Positions 17,573 through 27,524 of a stretch of 64,000 bases of DNA are shown piece after piece. A model generated the notes under the pieces. That model was not told the DNA's origin. It did not search any database and worked only from the letters and a program-made list of their open reading frames with translations. The stretch is taken from positions 1,465 to 65,464 of the forward strand of contig CAYUZV010000005.1 of NCBI GenBank assembly GCA_964448605.1. The letters are read 5' to 3'. The DNA comes from Candidatus Woesearchaeota archaeon (GTDB taxonomy: Archaea > Nanobdellota > Nanobdellia > Pacearchaeales > GW2011-AR1). The first letter of the stretch is position 1, and each line of letters opens with the position of its first letter. Made by a program: the position numbers and the translations under genes.

Positions 17573-17997
17573 TTTTCTAAAACTCCTTTGATTTCATTTA
17601 AATGTTCTAAATAATGGTTTTCTTCTCCTTTGTCAAAAACCCAGTTAAATAGTTCTGGTTCGGCTCTGAGATTTTTTTCTCCAATTTCATTTATTTTATT
17701 GTCTAACAATTTCTGGTATTTTTTCCATTCATTTATTAATTCTTTTGGAGAATAATTTTTGTAGTAATTTATTGATTCCTTATTGAATTCGTCAAAGTTA
17801 TCGGTTTTTAGAAACCAAGGTTTTTGTTTTGATTTCCAAACTTTATCCAATTGTTCAACTGCTTCTTTTTCCCATCCCACTAAATGGGCGATTATTTCTT
17901 TTATTGTTCTATTTTTTATTTTTAAGTTCCATTTATCAGGTTTTAAATTTTCTAATAATTCTGAAAATTCTTTTGTTATTTTTGTTGTGTTTGTCAT
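17569..17997 (-). CDS. DinB/ClbS-like four-helix-bundle protein (putative)
   Basis: IAHLVGWEKEAVEQL..., W/K-rich helices and a C-terminal HYLEHL. The family assignment is tentative. Confidence 0.4.
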   Translation of the reverse strand: MTNTTKITKEFSELLENLKPDKWNLKIKNRTIKEIIAHLVGWEKEAVEQLDKVWKSKQKPWFLKTDNFDEFNKESINYYKNYSPKELINEWKKYQKLLDNKINEIGEKNLRAEPELFNWVFDKGEENHYLEHLNEIKGVLEK

Positions 17998-17998
17998 T

Positions 17999-19510
17999 TT
18001 ATTTCCCCCATACTTTTATTTCTCTTAATTTATTTATATCATTTCTATACATGTCTCTTAAATCTTTTATTTGAAAGAATTCCATTATAATTCTGTCGAA
18101 TCCTTGCCCCCATGCCAGGACTGGAATGTGTTTTCTGAAAATTGGAATTGTTACTTCTGGACGAAACATTCCGGCTCCTCCGAATTCAACCCATTTTTTC
18201 AGTATTGGATGAAATATGTCAACTTCTAATGAAGGTTCTGTGTAAGGGAAATATCCAGGTCTTATTCTTATTTTTTCATAACCCATTTTTTTATAGAATT
18301 GAGTCAGATATCCTAAAAGTTGTCTGAAATTTGCATTTTCATCAATTACAATTCCTTCTGTCTGATAAAATTCAAAACCGTGTGTTGCATCTACTGTTTC
18401 GTTTCTAAAATTTCTTCCTAATGCAAAATATTTTGAAGGGAATTCTTTTTTTTCTGCTATTTGTTTTAAGGTTTGGGTAGAGAGACAAGTAGTATGAGTT
18501 CTTAAAACAACTTTTTTCGCATCTTCTTCATTCCAATCATATCCCCATCCTTTTGAACCCTTGATTTTTCCCTCATGTGCTTTTTTTACTTCTTCTACTA
18601 TTTTTTTATCTGGAAGTTTTGCTGTTTTATTTTTTATGAAAAAAGTATCCTGCATTTCTCTTACGGGGTGGTCTTGTGCTGTGAAAAGTGCATCAAAATT
18701 CCAGAATCCTGATTGAGTTAAATTTCCTGTCATTTCTTTAAATCCCATTTCAAGCCAAATTTTCTTTGCATATTCTGTGGCCTGATTTACAAAGTGCTTT
18801 TTTCCTCCTGAAATTTTTGGAACTGGAGAGGTTAAATCATATCTTCTAAATCTTTTTCCTTTCCAAGAGTTTGATTTTAATAATTCAGGGGTTACTGCTT
18901 CTATTAAACCTGTTGAAATTCCTTTTTTCAAAATCTCTTTTCCTAATTCAGTTATTTTAAAATTAATAGTTTTTTTATTGTTTAATTCAATTATATTTTT
19001 TCTTGATTTTAATTTTTCAAATGCATATTTTTCTTCTGCTTCTAAATTATCAAAATTTTTAGGAAGTGATTCTATTAATTTTTCTTCAAGTGTTTTGTTT
19101 AAAACTTCTTTTTTATCTAAAAGGATTATTTTTCCATTAACTAAATTAATCATTGCTTTTTTCTTTAATGCTCCGAGTGCTGCTTTTAGTTCATTATCAT
19201 TAAGTTTGGAGTGTTTTTTAGCTTCGTTTAATTCAATAGAGGTTTTTTCTGATAATAGGTTCAATAATCTTCTTTCAGGAAGTCCTATTTTTTTGTATAA
19301 AATTCCATTTATTCCTAAATCCAGAATTTTTTCCTGTGTTGATGCAAGAGTAACTATGCTTTTGTTTGAAAGATATTCTAATGCTCTTAAAACAGATGTT
19401 TTGTCTAGATTTGATTTTTGTGCAAGTTCTTCAAATGTTTCTGATTCTAAATGAGGGATTAATTCCCTCTCATTAGGGCTTAATGATTCAATTATTTTAT
19501 TAATATCCAT
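17999..19510 (-). CDS. pheS: Phenylalanyl-tRNA synthetase alpha subunit (archaeal type)
   Basis: N-terminal winged-helix repeats. The class II core has HPVREMQDTFF, LRTHTT, RNE..D.TH..EF.Q.EG and GAGMFRPEV. Confidence 0.85.
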   Translation of the reverse strand: MDINKIIESLSPNERELIPHLESETFEELAQKSNLDKTSVLRALEYLSNKSIVTLASTQEKILDLGINGILYKKIGLPERRLLNLLSEKTSIELNEAKKHSKLNDNELKAALGALKKKAMINLVNGKIILLDKKEVLNKTLEEKLIESLPKNFDNLEAEEKYAFEKLKSRKNIIELNNKKTINFKITELGKEILKKGISTGLIEAVTPELLKSNSWKGKRFRRYDLTSPVPKISGGKKHFVNQATEYAKKIWLEMGFKEMTGNLTQSGFWNFDALFTAQDHPVREMQDTFFIKNKTAKLPDKKIVEEVKKAHEGKIKGSKGWGYDWNEEDAKKVVLRTHTTCLSTQTLKQIAEKKEFPSKYFALGRNFRNETVDATHGFEFYQTEGIVIDENANFRQLLGYLTQFYKKMGYEKIRIRPGYFPYTEPSLEVDIFHPILKKWVEFGGAGMFRPEVTIPIFRKHIPVLAWGQGFDRIIMEFFQIKDLRDMYRNDINKLREIKVWGK

Positions 19511-19532
19511 TGAAAAGTATAGAATAAAGGGT

Positions 19533-22103
19533 TTATAAGAGTTTTTTATTCTCTAAATACTTCCAGCCCTCTATTAAAAAGAATCCTATTATGCTTATTG
19601 ATATTAAATATATCCAATCTATGAATCCTATTCCTGTGAAATAAAGAAGTTCATTTAAAGGTGTATAAATAGCAATAATCTGCATTCCAATTGAGAAAAG
19701 AACTGCATAGAGAATATATTTGTTAAAAGGTGATTTGAAAGAGTATTTTGTTGATTTGCAATTGAAAACTAAGAACATTTGGAATAGTATTGCAGATGTC
19801 ACTGCCATTGTTCTTGCTTTTGTTATATCTGAAAGATAAAAGTAGAAAAAAGCGAAATTTATTAGAGCAGTTAATAATCCTGCAATTATTATGAATTTTT
19901 TAGTTCCATTCAAGATTCCTTTTTTAGAAGGTTTTCTTTTCATGACATCTCTTTCTGTTTCTTCTGTGCTTAGTGAGAGTGCTGGCAAGCTGTCTGTTAC
20001 AAGATTTATCCAGAGTATTTGTATTGGAAGAAGAGGGAGGAAATGAGGGTCTTTCCAAATTAACATAACTGTCATGATTAAAAGGACTTCTGAAAAATTT
20101 GCGCTCAATAGGAATTTTACGAATTTTTTTATGTTATCGAAAATTGTTCTTCCTTCATCAACTCCCTCTACTATTGATGCGAAGTTATCATCTACTAAAA
20201 TTAAATCAGAGCTGTCTCTTGCAACATCTGTTCCTCTTGTTCCCATTGCAATTCCAATATCTGCTCTTTTTAGTGCGAGAGAGTCATTCACACCATCACC
20301 TGTCATTGCTACTATTTCTTTTTTTGATTTTAAAATATTTATTATTCTTAGTTTGTCCTTAGGTGATATTCTTGAGAATACAGAAGTTTTATTTATTTTT
20401 TCTAAAAGTTCTTTGTCACTCATTTTTTCAAGTTCTTTTGATTCTATTGAGCCTCCTTTAAGTCCTATTTCTTTTGCAACTGCTTCTGCAGTCAGTTTTG
20501 AATCTCCGGTTATCATTATTACCTTTATTCCTGCTTGATTTGCTTTTTCTATTGCACTTTTTACTTCTTTTCTTGGAGGGTCTATCATTCCCTGAAAACC
20601 TGCAAAAATCAGATTGTTTTCTGCAATTTCCTGATTGTATTCTTCAGATAATTCCCGATATGCAAAACCTAAAACTCTTAATCCTTCTGAAGCCATTTTT
20701 TCAAATTTTTCAGTTAATCGTATTTTATCTTTTTCATCTAATTCTATTTTTCTCCCATCAATCAATTCATAATCGCATTTTTGAATTATTTTTTCAGGAG
20801 CACCCTTTACATAACTTATTAATCTGTCTTGTTTTTTTCTTATTATTGACATCATTTTTCTTTCAGAATTAAAGGGGAATTCTTTTTGTTTGGGTTCTTG
20901 TTTTTCTAATTGTTTTTTGTTTAGGAAATTTTCTTTTGCTGATTTTAGAAGAGCTATTTCAGTGGGGTCTCCTAAAAAATATTCTTTTCCTTTTTCATCT
21001 TCTTCTAAGTTTGCTTTATTGCATAAAACTCCTATTTTGAAAAGTAGTTCTTTTTGTTTGATTGGATTGAATTTTCCATTTGTGTAAATGCTTGTTACTT
21101 TCATTTCTTCTTCTGTGAGAGTTCCTGTTTTATCAACACAGATGACAGTTGCTCTTCCAAGGGTTTCAGATGCAGGAAGTTTTCTTACTAAGACATTTTT
21201 TTTAATCATTCTTCTTGTTGCTAATGCTAAACTTAGTGAGATTACTGCTGGAAGTCCTTCTGGAATTGCTGCGACTGCAAGACTTATTGCAACAAGAAGG
21301 GATTTTAGAATTGTAAATCCTTTGAAAATCATAAGTAGAATTATTAATGCACAAATTCCTAAGATAATTATTCCAATATTTCTTGCGAAAACATCTAATT
21401 TGTGTTTAAAGGGATTTTTTTCAGGTTTTATTTCCTGGACAAGTTCGGATATTTTTCCTATTTCAGTTCTCATTCCTGTATCTACAACAATTGCTCTTCC
21501 ACTTCCTGCTACAACCTGAGTTCCCTGATAAATCATATTTAATCTGTCACCAAGAGGGGTGTTTGGGCTTAGATTTTTAATTTCTTTTTCTTCAGGAGAA
21601 CTTTCACCTGTTAATGCTGCTTCATTTATTTTTAAACCATTTGTTTCAATTAATCTTGCATCAGCCATTACCTTATCACCTTCATCTAAAATTATTATGT
21701 CTCCTGGAACAATATTTTCAGAATTAATTTCAACTACTCTTCCGTTTCTAAAAACTCTTGCTTTTGGAGTCATCATTTTATTTAGTTCAGTGATTGCTTT
21801 TTCTGCTTTATACTCTTGAAAAAAACCTAATCCTGCATTTAGAATTATTATTGCAAAAATTACAATAGCATCTATTTTTGATTCCATGAAAAAAGAAAGA
21901 ATTGCTGCAAAAATTAAAATTATAATTAGAAAAGATTTGAATTGTTCAAAAAAGATTTTTATTGCATCAAAATGTCTTGTTTTTTTGAGTTTGTTGGGAC
22001 CTAAGTCTGATAATCTTTCTGATGCTTTTTTTGAATCAAGCCCTTGCTTAGAAGATTTTAATTGTTCAAATACCTCTTTTAGGGATAGTGAATGCCAATC
22101 CAT
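19533..22103 (-). CDS. Cation (Ca2+-type, P2) P-type ATPase
   Basis: TGES, phosphorylation site CVDKTGTLT, MITGD, the TGDGVNDS hinge and about 10 TM helices. Confidence 0.85.
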   Translation of the reverse strand: MDWHSLSLKEVFEQLKSSKQGLDSKKASERLSDLGPNKLKKTRHFDAIKIFFEQFKSFLIIILIFAAILSFFMESKIDAIVIFAIIILNAGLGFFQEYKAEKAITELNKMMTPKARVFRNGRVVEINSENIVPGDIIILDEGDKVMADARLIETNGLKINEAALTGESSPEEKEIKNLSPNTPLGDRLNMIYQGTQVVAGSGRAIVVDTGMRTEIGKISELVQEIKPEKNPFKHKLDVFARNIGIIILGICALIILLMIFKGFTILKSLLVAISLAVAAIPEGLPAVISLSLALATRRMIKKNVLVRKLPASETLGRATVICVDKTGTLTEEEMKVTSIYTNGKFNPIKQKELLFKIGVLCNKANLEEDEKGKEYFLGDPTEIALLKSAKENFLNKKQLEKQEPKQKEFPFNSERKMMSIIRKKQDRLISYVKGAPEKIIQKCDYELIDGRKIELDEKDKIRLTEKFEKMASEGLRVLGFAYRELSEEYNQEIAENNLIFAGFQGMIDPPRKEVKSAIEKANQAGIKVIMITGDSKLTAEAVAKEIGLKGGSIESKELEKMSDKELLEKINKTSVFSRISPKDKLRIINILKSKKEIVAMTGDGVNDSLALKRADIGIAMGTRGTDVARDSSDLILVDDNFASIVEGVDEGRTIFDNIKKFVKFLLSANFSEVLLIMTVMLIWKDPHFLPLLPIQILWINLVTDSLPALSLSTEETERDVMKRKPSKKGILNGTKKFIIIAGLLTALINFAFFYFYLSDITKARTMAVTSAILFQMFLVFNCKSTKYSFKSPFNKYILYAVLFSIGMQIIAIYTPLNELLYFTGIGFIDWIYLISISIIGFFLIEGWKYLENKKLL

Positions 22104-22132
22104 ATAATAAAAAGAATAAAGGGTATAAAAAA

Positions 22133-22330
22133 TTATGCACCTAAAAACTTAAGTGCTTCGTAAGTTAGAAATGCAGGCCAGACAATTGCTTTTAAAAATC
22201 CTAATATGCCCATCCAAAAACCTGTTGCAGTTGAAATGTAATAAACTGCTGAACCTATGAATCCAAAGGTATAAAATACCCCTCCACAATTTTGATTGTA
22301 TATACTGCACTTTGTTGTTTTGTTTTTCAT
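22133..22330 (-). CDS. Small membrane protein, hypothetical
   Basis: SD AAAGGAGGA lies 6 nt upstream. Two TM helices. The overlapping frame 22149-22364 is rejected. Confidence 0.5.
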   Translation of the reverse strand: MKNKTTKCSIYNQNCGGVFYTFGFIGSAVYYISTATGFWMGILGFLKAIVWPAFLTYEALKFLGA

Positions 22331-22389
22331 ATTTTCCTCCTTTATATTTAAGAATATTAATCAATTAAAATAAAAAATAAAAAATAAAA

Positions 22390-22602
22390 TTATCTTACTT
22401 TGTCTATGATTGCTAATACTGCACTTACAAGTGTTAGTATAACAACAATCCAACCTGCGAATGGAACTATTGGTTGAACATAAGGGACAGTTAATGTCCC
22501 GCCAATCATACCAAATCCAACAGCAAGTGAAACCAAAATACCTGTTATCCAAGCTATTAAATTAACTACATTTGAAACAGGACCTTTTTCTTTTTTTGCC
22601 AT
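22390..22602 (-). CDS. Small membrane protein, hypothetical
   Basis: SD AAGGAGGTG lies upstream. Two TM helices (LIAWITGILVSLAVGFGMIGG and WIVVILTLVSAVLAII). Confidence 0.55.
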   Translation of the reverse strand: MAKKEKGPVSNVVNLIAWITGILVSLAVGFGMIGGTLTVPYVQPIVPFAGWIVVILTLVSAVLAIIDKVR

Positions 22603-22713
22603 TTTTCACCTCCTTTTATTTTTTCAGTTAAGTTTATTTATAATAAGTAATAAATCATAGTTTAAATATGTTTTGTTGGAGTTATTTTGAGAATAATTCC
22701 AAAATTTCCTTTC

Positions 22714-23204
22714 TTAAATTATTAATTCTTCTAAATTATCTCCATATTCTTTAGGCAAGGATTGCGAATTTAGAATTTTTATAAAATTTTCAAAAGGTTT
22801 CCCTCTTAAAAAACAATCTTCGATTGCTGTTCTCAAATCAGAGATATTTTTTAAATAGCTCTCCTGTTTATTTGTTTCTCTGTCTGGATTTTCTAAATCA
22901 ATAGATATTCTATATCCTTCTATAAATTTTCTGTTTCTAAAATGGGACTCTACCCTATGGAAATATCTACTTTCTGGTTTTAGTAATCTTATTGGGAGAA
23001 TTCCTGCATTGATTGAGCTAAACTAGTATTTCCTGAATTATAAATTTCAAGTTCAAAATCAAAAGATTTTCCTTCAAGAGTTTCCGTTGATTTGTTGTAT
23101 TTCCATAAGAAAATTCTAAACATGTTATTATCAAAATGATAAATTTTCCATGCTTCATTTTCTTCAAGATTCCATTCTATGGAGGTCCTGTATGTATTTT
23201 CCAT
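22714..23204 (-). pseudogene. Hypothetical gene apparently split by a frameshift
   Basis: ORF 23204-22989 ends ..SLAQSMQEFSQ*. An ATG-less open frame of about 92 codons follows directly (PIRLLKPESRYFHRVESHFRNRKFIEGYRISIDLENPDRE...EYGDNLEELII*). Confidence 0.35.
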
Positions 23205-23263
23205 TGTATCTTCTCAGAAACCTGAGGTTCATCGCCTCTTGATTTTTTATAATTTAGATATCC

Positions 23264-24694
23264 TTAAATCTTTTTAAATAATATTTCGCTCTTTTTTATT
23301 TGTTTTTGTTTGATTGAATTTTCTATTTCTTTGTATTCAAGAGGGAAGTCTAGGTGTTTTGAGATTTTTTCTGATGTTTCTGGAATGAATGGTGAAAGAA
23401 TAATCGTTATTGTTTTTATGCTCTCTATTAGTTCGTAAAGGATTTTTTTGTCTTTTGTTTCCCAAGGTTTTTCAGCTTGTATGTATTCATTGCAGATATC
23501 TATGAATGCGAATATTTCATTTAGTGCTTTATCTAATTCATAGTTATCCATTAGTGTGTTGATTTTTTTTAGATTTAGTTTTTTTAGTAAAGAGTTATTT
23601 GTTTTTTCTATTCCTATCTTTTCTGCTAATCCTGTTGTTCTTGATATTAAATTTCCGAGTTTGTTTGCAAGTTCTGTGTTGTGGCGATTGATTAGGACTT
23701 CTTCAGAGAAGTCTCCGTCATCACCAAAAACAATATTTCTTATTAGAAAGTATCTTATTGAATCTGTTGAATATTTTTCTGCAAGCTCTATTGGGTCGAT
23801 TCTTATTCCTCTTGCTTTGCTTAGTTTTTCTCCTTTTAAATTTATGAATCCATGAACAACTACTTTTGGGAGTTTTATTTTTAAGGAAGATAAGATTGAA
23901 AACCATATTGCAGTGTGGTGCCAGACAATGTCTGAACCAATTATATGAACTGCTGGCCAGAATTCCTGAAATTTCTTGTTAGGATAGTCAATTGTTGTAA
24001 GATAGTTTATAAGTGCTTCAACCCAGACAAAAATAGTCAATCCTTTTTCAAAAGGCAAGGGAATTCCCCAATCCACTTTATCTCTACTTATACTTAAATC
24101 TTTTAATTCCTGATTTAATCTTGCTAAAATTTCATTTTTCTTTTTCTCAGGCCAAATTAGGTTATTTTTTTCTATTTCTCTGATTAATTTATCTTTGTAT
24201 TTGCTTATTTTGAAAAAATAGCTTTTTTCTTTTATTTTTTCAAGAGGTTTTTTATGGATTGGGCAGTTTTTGTCTTCTGCTTCTCTTTCAGTGTAATAAG
24301 TTTCACAGTCAACACAATACATTCCTTCATATTCTCCTTTGTAAATGTCTCCATTTTTTTCTAATTGGTTTAGTATCTCAATTGCTGTTTTTTTGTGTCT
24401 TTCTTCAATAGTCATTATAAAGTCATTATAACTTATGTTTAAGGCATTGCATAATTTTTTGAAACCTTCTGAAATTTCTTTTACAAATTCTTCAGGAGTT
24501 TTTCCTTGTTTTTTTGCTGCTCTTTCTATTTTCAATCCATGACAATCAGTTCCTGTGCTAAAATGAACATCATAACCTTGCAGTCTTTTCCATCTTGCAA
24601 TTACATCTGTAACTATTTTTTCATAGGCATGGCCAAGATGATAGACTCCTGAAGGATAGTCAATTGCAGTGCTTATTTGAAATTTATTTTTCAT
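23264..24694 (-). CDS. metG: Methionyl-tRNA synthetase (short form, no C-terminal appended domain)
   Basis: YPSGVYHLGHAY (HIGH), a Zn knuckle CVDCETYY..CPIHK and KLSKARG (KMSKS). Confidence 0.85.
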   Translation of the reverse strand: MKNKFQISTAIDYPSGVYHLGHAYEKIVTDVIARWKRLQGYDVHFSTGTDCHGLKIERAAKKQGKTPEEFVKEISEGFKKLCNALNISYNDFIMTIEERHKKTAIEILNQLEKNGDIYKGEYEGMYCVDCETYYTEREAEDKNCPIHKKPLEKIKEKSYFFKISKYKDKLIREIEKNNLIWPEKKKNEILARLNQELKDLSISRDKVDWGIPLPFEKGLTIFVWVEALINYLTTIDYPNKKFQEFWPAVHIIGSDIVWHHTAIWFSILSSLKIKLPKVVVHGFINLKGEKLSKARGIRIDPIELAEKYSTDSIRYFLIRNIVFGDDGDFSEEVLINRHNTELANKLGNLISRTTGLAEKIGIEKTNNSLLKKLNLKKINTLMDNYELDKALNEIFAFIDICNEYIQAEKPWETKDKKILYELIESIKTITIILSPFIPETSEKISKHLDFPLEYKEIENSIKQKQIKKSEILFKKI

Positions 24695-24772
24695 AAAAAA
24701 ATCAGAGGAATTTGCTTAATAAGTTTTTGGGTTTGTTGTTTTTGGATACCTGCAATCTTATAAACCTCTTTT

Positions 24773-25063
24773 TTGTTGAATTATACGGGTATTGAAGATT
24801 TTGAAGAATTATATTCAGAAAAAACTGATTTTGGTCCTGAAGATTTTGAATCTCTTGAGATTAGACCTGAGGATGGAGATTATAATGAAAGATTGAAAAA
24901 AATCAGAAGTAAAAGATGGATGATACCTCTTGCAATTATTTTGCTTGGGGGACTTGTTATGACTGAATGTATTGATTATTATAGTTATAGAAAATCAGAC
25001 TATGATTTCCCTGAAAAAAGTGAGAATGCTTATGTTTTAAATGATGTTTGTTACACTTATTGA
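24773..25063 (+). CDS. Hypothetical single-TM protein
   Basis: Acidic N-terminus and TM helix WMIPLAIILLGGLVM. The track gives a TTG start. Confidence 0.4.
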   Translation: MLNYTGIEDFEELYSEKTDFGPEDFESLEIRPEDGDYNERLKKIRSKRWMIPLAIILLGGLVMTECIDYYSYRKSDYDFPEKSENAYVLNDVCYTY

Positions 25064-25085
25064 GAAAGCATAATCTTAAAAACCC

Positions 25086-25511
25086 TTGGATTCTTTTGAT
25101 TTTATGGAAGAATATAAAAAATTATTAGATGATGCATATAAGGAAGTTAAACCTATTGAATCTGAAAATAGATTTGAGGTTCCGAAGATTGAAGGTAGGT
25201 TTGAAGGGAGCAAGACAATTCTTACTAATCTTAATCAGATTGCAAGTTATTTAAGGAGAGATGTTAATCATATCTTAAAGTATCTTTTGAGAGAGTTGGC
25301 TACATCTGGTTCAATCAAAGGGAGCAGGACTATTTTGATGAGGAAGATTCCTTCTGGAAAGATTAATGAAAAGATTTCAGAATATTCTAAGGAGTTTGTG
25401 GTTTGTTCGCAATGTTCTAAGCCAGATACTGAATTATTAAAGGAAAAGGGTTTTTCTTTTGTTCATTGCCTTGCTTGTGGTGCAAAGCATAGTGTTAGGG
25501 GAAAGATTTAG
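25086..25511 (+). CDS. eif2b: Translation initiation factor aIF2 beta subunit
   Basis: YKKLLDDAY..RFEVPK.., NL..IA..L.R...H..KYL..ELAT.G and a C-terminal Zn ribbon CSQCSKPDT..CLACG. The likely start is ATG 25104. Confidence 0.85.
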   Translation: MDSFDFMEEYKKLLDDAYKEVKPIESENRFEVPKIEGRFEGSKTILTNLNQIASYLRRDVNHILKYLLRELATSGSIKGSRTILMRKIPSGKINEKISEYSKEFVVCSQCSKPDTELLKEKGFSFVHCLACGAKHSVRGKI

Positions 25512-25580
25512 AGAAAAATTAATTATATTAACATTTATAAAGCATAAAATCCTTAGAAAATTAATGATAAGGAGGTTAAA

Positions 25581-25775
25581 ATGGTAGAGGCTTATTGTGT
25601 GAGGTGTAAGAAAAAAGGACAAAAGATGCAGAATCCTGTAATTAGCAAGACACCTAAAGGTGGTTATATGGCTAAAGGAAAATGTCCTGATTGTCCTACT
25701 ACAATGTGTGCTATGATGTCAAAAGAGAATGCAGAAAAAGCAATGGCATCTGGCGAAGCAAAGAAAGGATTTTAA
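25581..25775 (+). CDS. DUF5679-like small zinc-ribbon protein
   Basis: AYCVRCKKK...KGKCPDCPTTM is a four-Cys ribbon. SD AAGGAGGT lies upstream and TATA 25534-25541 is present. Confidence 0.6.
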   Translation: MVEAYCVRCKKKGQKMQNPVISKTPKGGYMAKGKCPDCPTTMCAMMSKENAEKAMASGEAKKGF

Positions 25776-25828
25776 TTATTTTTGTTTTTTATTAATATAG
25801 TAATGTTTATATAGAAAAATTTCTAATT

Positions 25829-26128
25829 TTGTTTATGTTAGTTAAAATTCATGAATCTTATAGGTATATTGTAGCAGTATGTGATACTGAGTTGTTTGGA
25901 AAAAGGTTTGAAGAAGGAATAAAGCAGATAGAGGTTAATGATTTTTTTAAGGGGGATGAGAAAGGGAAGATTGAGGTTATTAAGATTTTTAGGAATATGG
26001 ATAAAGAGGATGCTACTTTTAATATTGTTGGAGAGGAAGCTGTGGGTTGTGGGGTGGAGGCGGGAGTTGTTAGTAAGGAAGGGATTATGAAAATTGATGG
26101 AGTTCCTATTGCTCTGGGGTTGATGTAG
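25829..26128 (+). CDS. DUF424-family protein
   Basis: VKIHESYRYIVAVCDTELFGKRFEEG...NIVGEEAV...IDGVPIAL matches the layout of archaeal DUF424 proteins. Confidence 0.6.
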   Translation: MFMLVKIHESYRYIVAVCDTELFGKRFEEGIKQIEVNDFFKGDEKGKIEVIKIFRNMDKEDATFNIVGEEAVGCGVEAGVVSKEGIMKIDGVPIALGLM

Positions 26129-26435
26129 AGGATGTCCGTGTCTATCCAAATATTCTGTTATTGCTGAGCTAATATCTCCAGAATTTGCACCTTTATCCAT
26201 AAGTCTCATTACAGAATATAGTGTTTGCCTGTAAGTTTTATATATTAATTTTTGTTCATCTGGAGTTCTATTTCTACAAAGATGTTCTGAAATTCCTTCA
26301 AGAGTTTATTCGCATTTTTTAGGATTTATTGTATTGTCATCCATTATCTAAATTTGTAAATTAGATTTTTAAAATTATTGTAATTAAGAAATATTCATTC
26401 AAAAGCCTTAAAAACCCTAATTATTTCTTGAATTT

Positions 26436-26762
26436 ATGAAACCTAATAAGAATAATGAAAATAAACCTGGACAGCCGATTAGAGTTAGGACTCCGCGGAA
26501 TGGAGAGGTTATTGGTGTTGTTGAGCAGAGAGTTGGTGCAAATAGAATGGTTGTTAAGGGATTTGATGATAAAGAGAGAAACTGCAGGATTCCTGGTGCT
26601 TTGAGAAGGCGACTTTGGATTCGTCCTGGAGATACTGTTATTGTAAAACCATGGGAGTTTGATGGAGATACAAGAGGGGATATTTTATTTAAGTATACTC
26701 CTGCTGCAATTGAATGGCTTAAAAGAAAAGGATTTTTGAAAGAGATAAAGTCAGAATTTTAA
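26436..26762 (+). CDS. eif1a: Translation initiation factor aIF1A
   Basis: S1-like OB fold: IRVRTPRNGEVIGVVEQRVGANRMVVKGFDDKERNCRIPG.LRRRLWIRPGD.VIV.PWEF. Confidence 0.85.
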   Translation: MKPNKNNENKPGQPIRVRTPRNGEVIGVVEQRVGANRMVVKGFDDKERNCRIPGALRRRLWIRPGDTVIVKPWEFDGDTRGDILFKYTPAAIEWLKRKGFLKEIKSEF

Positions 26763-26763
26763 A

Positions 26764-26985
26764 ATGTCAGTAGATGAACCTCCAGATAATGGGCAATCCA
26801 AGAATGGATATAGAGTTGTAATAAATCAAGGAAGAGAATCTGATTATGTAGATTTTGGAGGTTTTCGTTTAAGTGCTGGTGAGTTGTTTGAGAGGATTTA
26901 TCCTAATCCTTATGTAAAGGAGCCAGTTGATTCGATTTATTCCAGGGCTTTTAATGATTTGATGGATGCTCGGGTTAGGGGTTAG
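26764..26985 (+). CDS. Hypothetical protein
   Basis: 73-aa ORF placed tightly between aIF1A and the KH protein. No motif recognised. Confidence 0.4.
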   Translation: MSVDEPPDNGQSKNGYRVVINQGRESDYVDFGGFRLSAGELFERIYPNPYVKEPVDSIYSRAFNDLMDARVRG

Positions 26986-26996
26986 GTTTAAAATAA

Positions 26997-27521
26997 ATGG
27001 ATTCCTTGAATAATATGCAAGAAATTTATGTTGAGAATGTTAATGAAGTTTTGAGGAATAAGGTGAAGATAGAGAAAGCTTTGAAGGTTAATTTGAAAAA
27101 TAAAGGTAAGAATTTTTTTATTGAGGGAGAGGGGGATGATGAGTTTGTTGGTTTGAAGGTTTTGGAGGCAATTGATTGCGGGTTTTCTGCTAATTGTGCT
27201 TTGCAGTTGAAGGATGAGAATGTTTTATTTCAAACAATTAATATTAAGGATTTGACTAAAAGGAATGATTTGGAAAGAGTTAGGGCTCGTATTATTGGGA
27301 CTCATGGAAAAGCTCTTGGAACTCTTAAGCATTTGACTAAGTGTGATGTTAGTCTACATGATAACACTATTGGAATAATTGGAGATGCAGAAGAAATTGA
27401 AGATGCTATGCAGGCTGTTTCTTCTCTGGTTCATGGTTCTAAACATGGAAATGTTTATAGTAGATTGGAAAAGGTTCGGAGTCGGAAAAAAAGGGAGAGG
27501 GTTAGGGGGATGGTTGAATAG
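26997..27521 (+). CDS. KH-domain RNA-binding protein (Dim2/Pno1-like)
   Basis: Two KH-like units, including the GxxG-like IIGTHGKALGTLK. It lies next to aIF1A, as is usual. Confidence 0.65.
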   Translation: MDSLNNMQEIYVENVNEVLRNKVKIEKALKVNLKNKGKNFFIEGEGDDEFVGLKVLEAIDCGFSANCALQLKDENVLFQTINIKDLTKRNDLERVRARIIGTHGKALGTLKHLTKCDVSLHDNTIGIIGDAEEIEDAMQAVSSLVHGSKHGNVYSRLEKVRSRKKRERVRGMVE

Positions 27522-27524
27522 GTT

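Noticed and set aside
25838-26345. Minus-strand reading frame overlapping the 3' end of the DUF424 gene. Its upstream part (26130-26345) looks coding-like: MDDNTINPKKCE*TLEGISEHLCRNRTPDEQKLIYKTYRQTLYSVMRLMDKGANSGDISSAITEYLDRHGHP.
   Set aside because: There is an in-frame TAA after codon 12. The rest of the frame stays open only by running antisense through DUF424. No family was recognised. It may be a gene remnant, but I cannot support a call.
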